The notes below the pieces were generated by a model. That model did not search any database and was not told the DNA's origin. It was given only the letters and a program-made list of their open reading frames with translations. Shown here in pieces: positions 56,377 to 64,000 of a stretch of DNA of 64,000 bases. Positions within the stretch are counted from its first letter, which is position 1. Every line of letters begins with the position of its first letter. A program made the position numbers and the translations under genes. This DNA comes from a virus: the IMG/VR virus record IMGVR_UViG_3300025018_000143, positions 1 through 64,000 of that record. The stretch is one strand, 5' to 3'.

Positions 56377-58063
56377 TGAAGAAAAACAAGCCCATGATAA
56401 TCAGCAAGAATTATCGGAGATAGGCTACAGAGGGAATAAGAATTTAAGAAAATCCGGGCTTACCCAGAAGTGGACAAAGAGACAATTAATTGAATGGAAA
56501 AAATGTCATGATGATCCAATATATTTTATTAAAAAATACGTAAAAATTGTTCATATTGATCATGGTATTGTGCCTTTTGAGTTATGGGATTTTCAAGAAA
56601 AATTAATAAATGATCTACATAATAATAGATTTGTTGTGGGATGTTGGAGCCGCCAATCTGGGAAGTCTTCAACCATTGCAGCTTATATGCTTCATTATGT
56701 ATTGTTCAATTCTAATAAAACCTGTGCTATACTTGCGAATAAAGCAGCAGGTGCCAGAGAGATACTTGGAAGAATTCAGATGGCTTACGAATTATTGCCA
56801 TTCTGGATGAAAATGGGCGTAGAAGATTGGAACAAAGGTAATTTCAATCTTGAAAATGGATCAAGTATTATTGCTTCAGCTACGTCCAGTTCAGCTATAC
56901 GTGGTTTGTCAATATCATTTCTTCTACTGGATGAGTTTGCTTTCGTACCAAAAAACATAGCTGAGGATTTCTTTAGGTCAGTATATCCTACAATTTCATC
57001 TGGTAAAGAATCTAAAATAGCTGTTATTAGTACACCATATGGCATGAATCATTTTTACAAATTATGGAATGAAGCATTAACAGGCGTTAATGGGTATGTA
57101 TCTAACAGAGCATATTGGCATCAGGTTCCTGGTAGAGATGATGTATGGAAAGCAGAGACAATTAGAAATATTGGGTTAGAGGCATTTGATCAGGAATTTG
57201 CAATTGAATTCCTAGGATCCTCAGGGACTCTTATTTCTTCTGCTAAACTATCAGCAATGTCCTATAGGACACCTATATTACAAAATGATGATGGATTCAA
57301 GATGTATTATGCTCCTAAACCAGACCATGCTTATATCATGACTGTTGATACTGCTGAAGGCTTAGGATTAGATAGCCATGCTATTAGTGTGTTTGATGTT
57401 ACTGAAAAGCCATACCAACAAGTAGCAGTGTATAAGAATGCTTTTCTCGAACCATTATTACTTCCTGATATTTGTTTGAGTATTGCAATAAAATATAATG
57501 AGGCTTTTATAATGGTTGAATTGAATCACTTAGGCCCTCAAGTAGCGAATACATTATATCAGGATCTTGAGTATGAAAATATGATGTTTACAACTATAGG
57601 AGGCAGAAGTGGCCAAGTACTTGGTGGTGGCTTCGCCGGCAAAGCTCAAATTGGTGTTAAATCAACTACTCAATCAAAGAGAGTATCCTGCTCATTAACA
57701 AAAACATTAATTGAAAACGATCAATTAATAATAAATGACTTTGACACATATTCCGAATTTACTACATTTGCTAGAAATAAAAATTCATATGAGGCAGAGG
57801 AAGGAGCTAATGATGACCTTGTAACCACTGTTAGATTGTTTGCATGGATAACAGGTCAGAAATATTTTAAGGAGGATTTAGAGCGAGATTTGAGGGATAA
57901 TCTAAACCGACAATCAATTAATAGAATGGAAGAATTATTAGTTCCATTCGGCATAATTGATAATGGTATAGAAGCTGATGACATTCACACAAGAGCAGAA
58001 CAGCATAAATATCAGGTTGATTATACAACCAGATATAGTGATATGTCTAATTTCAATGAATGA
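56369..58063 (+). CDS. gp17: Terminase large subunit
   Basis: SRQSGKS Walker A, LLDEFAF Walker B, STPYG.NHFY, DTAEG, DDLV. Confidence 0.96.
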   Translation: MDNEEKQAHDNQQELSEIGYRGNKNLRKSGLTQKWTKRQLIEWKKCHDDPIYFIKKYVKIVHIDHGIVPFELWDFQEKLINDLHNNRFVVGCWSRQSGKSSTIAAYMLHYVLFNSNKTCAILANKAAGAREILGRIQMAYELLPFWMKMGVEDWNKGNFNLENGSSIIASATSSSAIRGLSISFLLLDEFAFVPKNIAEDFFRSVYPTISSGKESKIAVISTPYGMNHFYKLWNEALTGVNGYVSNRAYWHQVPGRDDVWKAETIRNIGLEAFDQEFAIEFLGSSGTLISSAKLSAMSYRTPILQNDDGFKMYYAPKPDHAYIMTVDTAEGLGLDSHAISVFDVTEKPYQQVAVYKNAFLEPLLLPDICLSIAIKYNEAFIMVELNHLGPQVANTLYQDLEYENMMFTTIGGRSGQVLGGGFAGKAQIGVKSTTQSKRVSCSLTKTLIENDQLIINDFDTYSEFTTFARNKNSYEAEEGANDDLVTTVRLFAWITGQKYFKEDLERDLRDNLNRQSINRMEELLVPFGIIDNGIEADDIHTRAEQHKYQVDYTTRYSDMSNFNE

Positions 58064-58144
58064 TAAATAGTAATAAGATAAATAATAGTATCTAATTACA
58101 AAGAACACAATTACAAATAAATAATAAACCCAAAGGAGTATAAC

Positions 58145-60067
58145 ATGGGAATGTCTTTCCAGCTTAGTCCAGGTGTAGTAACCAGAGAATTTGATCTTAC
58201 AACTATGGTGCCTCAGGTAGCAACATCTTCTGCTGCATACGTAGGTTCTTTTCAGTGGGGACCATTAGATCAAATCAAGACTATTTCATCTGAAGAAATT
58301 CTTAACAATGTATTTGGTACACCTAATGATGATACCTTTTTGCATTATTTTTCAGTAAAGAATTTTTTAGATTATTCAAATAATATTAAAGTTATTCGTG
58401 TAGCTGAAGCTACTGCATTAAATTCAACTGTTGATGGCACAGGAATTGTTGTCAAAAATGATGCTGATTGGGTGGATAATCATTCTGCTGGCGTTAATGG
58501 TATTGGTGAGTTTGCTGGAAGATATCCAGGTATTATCGGTAATAATATAAAAATAGAAATGGCTGATGCTCATTCATATAGCTCTGTTGTTTCTATTACA
58601 ATTACTGACCCTGGTTCTGGATATACCACTGTTGCTGATGATGGGGTTGCTGTTATAATTGCTGACCCTGTATCAGGAACAACAGCTACCGGCACAATGA
58701 TTGTTGCTGGCGATGTTCTTACTGGCGTATTACTAACAGAGACAGGAACAGGCTATAAATCAGCACCTGCAATAACATTCCCAGTACCAGTTGGTGGTGG
58801 CGTTGCTGCAACAGGTACAACCAGTCTTTGGGCATATCGTGGTCAATTTCTTTCTCCTCCTGGTACCTCTGAATTTGTGGCTAATAAAGGCGGTACAAAT
58901 GATGAGCTTCATATTATAGTAATTGATGCCACTGGCGCAATTACTGGCGATGTAGGTACTATTCTTGAGAGATATCCTTTCTTGTCTAAAGCTAAGGATG
59001 CAAAAAATGATGATGGTACTAATGCTTACTATGTTGATACTATCAGGGATTCTTCCAATTATATTCACTGGATGGATCATCCTATAATTGGCACTAATTG
59101 GGGTGAAAATTCAGCTGGTACTAATTTTGCATTAACCGAAGAAATTTATTCTGTAACTCTTTCTGGCGGTGTTGATGGCAATGTTGTATCTAATGATGAA
59201 TTGATATTAGGCTGGGCTATGTTCTTGAATGCTGAAGAAGTTGATGTAAGCATTCTCATTGCTGGCCCTGCTGATGCGACTCTTGCTCAATATTTAATCC
59301 AGAATATAGCAGAAACAAGAATGGATTGTGTTGCAGTTATTTCTCCTCTATTTGTTGCTGCTGTAAGAAATGCTGGTAGTGAAATGGATGATATCATTAA
59401 TATGAGAGATACAATGACTTCTAGTTCATATGGTATCTTTGATTGTAACTGGAAATATCAATTTGATTCTTATAATAATACTTTTAGATGGCTCCCTTGT
59501 AATCCAGATGTTGCTGGTTTAATGGCAAGGACTGACCATACTAATGATCCTTGGTGGAGCCCTGCAGGATTTAATCGAGGTCAAATTAAGAATGTTGTCA
59601 AATTAGCATGGAATCCTTCTAAAACTGAAAGGGATGAGTTGTATCAAAAAGGAATCAATCCTATTGTAGTAATTTCTGGCGAAGGCACTATTCTTTATGG
59701 CGATAAGACAATGCTCGCCAAGCCTTCTGCTTTTGATAGAATCAATGTAAGACGATTGTTTATTGTTCTTGAAAAGGCGATTGCTAAAGCGGCTAAGTAT
59801 TCCTTATTCGAGTTTAATGATGCATTCACAAGAGCAAGATTTGTACAGATGGTTGAACCTTATCTTCGTGATGTACAAGGACGAAGAGGTATTACTGATT
59901 TCAAAGTTGTGTGTGATACGACAAATAATACTGGTTATGTTATTGATTCTAATGCATTTGTTGGGGATATATACATCCAACCAGCAAGAAGTATCAATTT
60001 CATTACATTGAATTTCATTGCCACTCCCACTGGAGTGGACTTTGAAGAGGTTATTGGAACTTTCTAA
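58145..60067 (+). CDS. gp18: Tail sheath protein
   Basis: SPGV..REFDLT, FQWGP, PWWSPAGFNRG, FDRINVRRLF, PARSINFITLNF. Confidence 0.97.
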   Translation: MGMSFQLSPGVVTREFDLTTMVPQVATSSAAYVGSFQWGPLDQIKTISSEEILNNVFGTPNDDTFLHYFSVKNFLDYSNNIKVIRVAEATALNSTVDGTGIVVKNDADWVDNHSAGVNGIGEFAGRYPGIIGNNIKIEMADAHSYSSVVSITITDPGSGYTTVADDGVAVIIADPVSGTTATGTMIVAGDVLTGVLLTETGTGYKSAPAITFPVPVGGGVAATGTTSLWAYRGQFLSPPGTSEFVANKGGTNDELHIIVIDATGAITGDVGTILERYPFLSKAKDAKNDDGTNAYYVDTIRDSSNYIHWMDHPIIGTNWGENSAGTNFALTEEIYSVTLSGGVDGNVVSNDELILGWAMFLNAEEVDVSILIAGPADATLAQYLIQNIAETRMDCVAVISPLFVAAVRNAGSEMDDIINMRDTMTSSSYGIFDCNWKYQFDSYNNTFRWLPCNPDVAGLMARTDHTNDPWWSPAGFNRGQIKNVVKLAWNPSKTERDELYQKGINPIVVISGEGTILYGDKTMLAKPSAFDRINVRRLFIVLEKAIAKAAKYSLFEFNDAFTRARFVQMVEPYLRDVQGRRGITDFKVVCDTTNNTGYVIDSNAFVGDIYIQPARSINFITLNFIATPTGVDFEEVIGTF

Positions 60068-60075
60068 AATAATCC

Positions 60076-60195
60076 TTGCAAATCTTGAGGATTGATGTTA
60101 TAATGATTTAATAGTATAAGAAGAGGATAGGGTCTGCAGCCTGAAAGCAAGAAAACCTATCTTGTTTCCTCTTCTGTTTTTAATTAATAGGTGAT
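60076..60195 (+). promoter_or_regulatory. Sigma70-type promoter and structured leader of the Hef-like gene
   Basis: TTGCAA(60076)-17-TATAAT(60099); AGAAGAGGA/TCCTCTTCT stem with internal hairpins. Confidence 0.6.
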
Positions 60196-60212
60196 TCTTA
60201 AAGGTAAAGATA

Positions 60213-61847
60213 ATGACTAGAGAAGAAGCTAGAATTTGGATATTGAATAATTGTTTCACAAAAAAAGGAGATAAATTGTCTCCTTGTTATTGTAGGGTGG
60301 AATATTTAGCAGCAAAAAATAAAGATGTATATGAAATTTTATTAAAAAAAACGAATCCAATATATTGTGATTCAATATCCAAAATGATACAATTATTTTT
60401 GGATGACAAATACCAATGTGAATGTATTTCCTGTGGTAAAATACTTAAAAAATTAAATCTTTTTTGTGATGCAAAATGTCAAAATAAATCTGGTTTATAT
60501 GAAAATTTTAAGAATTCTCACAGCCCAGAAGCTAATAGGAAACGAAAGAAAACTAATATAGAAAAATTTGGTAATGAATATGCTGTAGCTTCAGAAACAG
60601 TAAAGAAAAAAATTAAAACTGTTTGTAGAGAAAAATACAATGCTGATAGTTATTTTGGGTCTGATGAAGGTCAACAAAAAATAAATGAAACACAAATTAA
60701 ATTATATGGCGCTGTTGGATTAAAATCAAAATTCATACTAAACAAGACACAAGAAAAACAGAAAGTTTTATATGGTGGAGTTGGCTTAAAATCAAACTCT
60801 ATATTATTAAAGGCTCATAAAGAAAAAAATAAATTAAATCCTTTTGGTGTGATTGATAAAAATTCTTTACGTGAATCTGTAAAGGAAAATGGTGTTTATC
60901 GATTATCATTGATTAACAATTGTGATGATAGCACAATTTATAAAGCTATTCATCGTTGTGGATTAAATAAAGAATTATTAAGGAAGCAATCATCCATCTT
61001 CGAGGATGAAGTTTATAATTTTGTCCTTAAAAATTCAGCTTATAAAGTAATTAAAAATGATAGGAATGTGATTAAACCTTATGAGATGGATATCTTAATT
61101 CCTGAATATAATATTGGATTTGAATGTAATGGTCTTTTTTGGCATTCAGAAAAATATAAAGATAATAATTATCATTATATCAAATCCGAACAATCTAGGG
61201 CTAATGGAATTAAATTAATTCATATATGGGAAGATGATTGGAATTATTCTAAAGATATTATCAAACATAAAATTTTACATCATTTGAATAAAAATGATAA
61301 AGTATACGCTAGAAAAACTATTCCAGGGTTTGTTGGCAAAATAGAAGCTAAGGATTTTTTAATTAAATACCATATACAAGGCAATGGTAATTCATCAATA
61401 GCAACTGGTTTGTATTATGATGATGTATTAATTTCATTGATGACCTTTAAGAGGCATAAAAATAATGAATACACATTGGATAGGTTTTGTTCTAGTTGTG
61501 ATGTAATTGGTGGGTTCTCTAAACTCCTCAAATACACTATTAATGAATACAAGATTGGTGTAATACATACCTTCCATGATATATCATACAATGGAATGGG
61601 CAATAATGTTTATAATAAATCTGGGTTTGAATTTGATTATCTCATTAAACCAGATTATAAATACTTGTATAATAATAAAAGAATACACAAATTTAATTTT
61701 AGACATAAAAATTTAAAGAGAATTCTTAATAATTATAATGAAAATGAATCCGAACATACTAATTGTTATAATCACAAAATATATAAGGTGTATGATGCTG
61801 GTAAACAAAAATATAAAATGATTATAAAGGAAAATCTAAATGCCTAA
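60213..61847 (+). mobile_element. Hef-like homing endonuclease (Vsr/DUF559-type nuclease with repeat N-terminus)
   Basis: T..EKYG repeats; FEDEV, EMDILIPEYNIGFECNGLFWHS, IHIWEDDW, YARK, HIQG, YDAG; very AT-rich. Confidence 0.8.
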
Positions 61848-62559
61848 TGCTATAATAAAATCATTTGCTAAAAAGGCTGGTAAGTCAACTAGGGAAGTTG
61901 AAAAGCTTTGGGATAAAGCTAAATCTGCTGCTTATTCTGCTGGGAAGAAACCTGATGATCCTTCATTTTTTGCTTATGTTACTGGTACATTAAAAAATAT
62001 GTTAGACATAAAGGAAAATAAATTGATTAGATTCAAGGATTATATAATTGAGGAAGATGATAGAGAAGAGTATGGTATACTGCTTGTTAGATTAGACCAA
62101 TTGGTCAAGGATAAAATACTTGAATTTGCTTTAAGAATACCTCAGGAAGAATTATATGTTGCTGAGGATGAAGGTTATGGTATTGAGTATGATACTCATA
62201 TTACATTACGATACGGGACTAAAATAACAGATCCTTCTAAATTGGATGATATATCAACTTTCTTACCTATTACAGGGAAATTAAGCACTACTTCTTTTTT
62301 TAGCTTACCTGAATATGATGTTCTTAAGATTGGTGTGTCAAGCAAATCTTTAGAAATAGCAAACAAAGCTGCAGGAGAAATGATATCTTTCCCGGGAGAA
62401 ACCTTTCCTGAGTATAAACCTCATTGTACAATGGCATATCTAAAAAAGGGATTCATTGGTAAATATATCAATGATTCTATATTTGAGGATGTTAAATTTG
62501 ATATTAATGAAATATATTTTATCGATCATATGGATAACGAATATGTAATTTCATACTAG
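61840..62559 (+). CDS. 2H phosphodiesterase (Acb1/gp57B-like) with N-terminal extension
   Basis: Two HxT motifs: THITLRYG and YKPHCTMAY. Confidence 0.75.
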   Translation: MPNAIIKSFAKKAGKSTREVEKLWDKAKSAAYSAGKKPDDPSFFAYVTGTLKNMLDIKENKLIRFKDYIIEEDDREEYGILLVRLDQLVKDKILEFALRIPQEELYVAEDEGYGIEYDTHITLRYGTKITDPSKLDDISTFLPITGKLSTTSFFSLPEYDVLKIGVSSKSLEIANKAAGEMISFPGETFPEYKPHCTMAYLKKGFIGKYINDSIFEDVKFDINEIYFIDHMDNEYVISY

Positions 62560-62628
62560 ATAAATAAACAAGTAAGCAAAAGAAGTATACAAGTAAATAA
62601 TAATTAAACATTTTAATAGGAGTATAAC

Positions 62629-63141
62629 ATGGCCGAATTATCGATTTCAGCTTTTAAGGGGCAATTTGCCTCAGGCGCAAGACCTAATCTATATACTGTT
62701 ACAATAGCTGAATTAGGCTCAGGCGTGGAATTTCTTTGTAAGGCAACATCTTTGCCTTCAAGCACAATGGGACAAATTGATGTTCCTTATAAAGGCCGTC
62801 AATTAAAAGTCGCTGGTAATAGAACATATGCAGATTGGGTTGTTACTATTCTCAACGACACAAATTTTAATATCAGGCGAGCAGCTGAATTTTGGCAGCA
62901 GCAAATTAATGGCGCAGCCTCTAATATTGGAGCAACTAGTGTTTCTGATTACATGAGAGATGCTGTTGTCCAACAATTAGATCAAGCTGGTTCTGTTCTG
63001 TATACATACATGTTTAAGGATATTTGGCCTACAGAGATTGGCGAAATTGAGCTGGCGTATGATACGAATGATACTATTGAAGAATTTACTATTACATTTG
63101 CTATTGGTTCTTATTTTCAGTCTGATGGCGCCTCTCTTTAA
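62629..63141 (+). CDS. gp19: Tail tube protein
   Basis: GARPNL, FLCKATSLP, GR..KVAG.RT..DW, IWPT, IEEF..TF. Confidence 0.95.
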   Translation: MAELSISAFKGQFASGARPNLYTVTIAELGSGVEFLCKATSLPSSTMGQIDVPYKGRQLKVAGNRTYADWVVTILNDTNFNIRRAAEFWQQQINGAASNIGATSVSDYMRDAVVQQLDQAGSVLYTYMFKDIWPTEIGEIELAYDTNDTIEEFTITFAIGSYFQSDGASL

Positions 63142-63153
63142 TATTGAACAAAT

Positions 63154-63178
63154 CAAAGATGGCTTAATGCCATCTTTG
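63154..63178 (+). terminator. Hairpin after gp19
   Basis: CAAAGATGGC-TTAAT-GCCATCTTTG. Confidence 0.6.
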
Positions 63179-63196
63179 AACTAATGGAAGGGATTA

Positions 63197-64000
63197 ATGG
63201 CTATTAATATATTTGGCATCACCATAGGGAAAGAAGAAAAACAATCACCAACAATTGTTTATGATAAAACTCCTGACGGCGCCACAGAAATTGTTGATTA
63301 TGGTGGAATTTATTTTGATGGATATGATGACATTGTACGTAATATTAAAGATGAAAAGGAATTAATAACATTATACCGTGCTCTTGCTAATGTTCCGGAG
63401 GTGGATCAAGCAATAGTTGAGATTATAAATGATGGTATTGTATATCCAAAAGCTGATATATATCCTGTCAAATTAAATCTTGATGAAATGGATATTTCTG
63501 ATGGCATAAAAAATAAGATGATTGAATGTTTTGATGAGGTTTTACAAAAGCTCAAATTTGAACAAAGAGCTGATGACCTTTTCAGAAACTGGTATATTGA
63601 TGGAAGATTACCAGTGTATATTCATCTTGACAAAAATAAAATGAATAAAGGTATTGATAAATTAATATATGTTGATCCTTTACAAGTGAGAAAGATTAGA
63701 GAAGTAAAAAAGGCGATGGATGACAATGTTGAGAAAATTGTCGAAATTCAGGAATATTACATTTATATGCCTGATACAAATACGCCTATAGAATTTTCCA
63801 ACATGTCTGTTGATCAATACAACGTTGGCGGAGCAGCAACAAAAGGGATAAAATTTTCTAAGGATTCTTTTGTATATGCTACCAGTGGGCAAATGGATGC
63901 CCAAAGAAAATTTGTAGTATCACATCTACACAAGGCAATAAAACCATCTAATCAATTGGAGCAGATTGAGGACTCAATTGTAATTTACCGTCTATCAAGA
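63197..64000 (+). CDS. gp20: Portal protein, truncated by the window end (not in ORF track)
   Basis: MAINIFG...LITLYRALANVPEVDQAIVEIIND...FRNWYIDGR...SHLHKAIKPSNQLEQIEDSIVIYRLSR. Confidence 0.95.
   Translation, partial: MAINIFGITIGKEEKQSPTIVYDKTPDGATEIVDYGGIYFDGYDDIVRNIKDEKELITLYRALANVPEVDQAIVEIINDGIVYPKADIYPVKLNLDEMDISDGIKNKMIECFDEVLQKLKFEQRADDLFRNWYIDGRLPVYIHLDKNKMNKGIDKLIYVDPLQVRKIREVKKAMDDNVEKIVEIQEYYIYMPDTNTPIEFSNMSVDQYNVGGAATKGIKFSKDSFVYATSGQMDAQRKFVVSHLHKAIKPSNQLEQIEDSIVIYRLSR

Noticed and set aside
1-64000. Stop-codon reassignment
   Set aside because: Conserved genes are full length in the standard code and end in TAA, TAG and TGA; the tRNA is not a suppressor

Overview
A 64-kb, AT-rich segment of a T4-like myophage genome that uses the standard genetic code. 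Positions 1-22.6 kb are early/accessory and replication genes: class II ribonucleotide reductase, CCA-adding enzyme, a PvuII-like endonuclease plus N6-adenine methyltransferase pair, EndoVII, a PEP-CTERM protein, RNase H, a Cas4-like exonuclease, tRNA-Gln, an RlmN-like radical SAM enzyme, a holin-PAS-hydrolase lysis cassette, an HNH homing endonuclease, and gp33/59/32. This part is punctuated by about 11 copies of a sigma70-type promoter cassette. Positions 22.7-64 kb are the late morphogenesis cluster (tape measure/hub, gp26/51/54/2/4/48/53/27/5/25/6/7/8, fibres, DUF4815, gp13-20). That cluster is interrupted by a 1.1-kb highly structured non-coding locus, a Hef-like endonuclease and an Acb1-like 2H phosphodiesterase. 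Accessory gene content suggests an anaerobic Gram-negative host, possibly Desulfobacterota (inference). Top candidates for novelty: (1) a membrane PAS-domain sensor inside the lysis cassette; (2) a ~600-nt late-promoter-driven structured RNA pointing into a GNA-triloop hairpin/AT-palindrome cluster; (3) promoter cassettes whose variable spacers covary with the downstream RBS region; (4) a -1 slippery site joining gp26 and gp51 upstream of the tape measure gene. All protein assignments come from motif recognition by eye and synteny; no database search was run.
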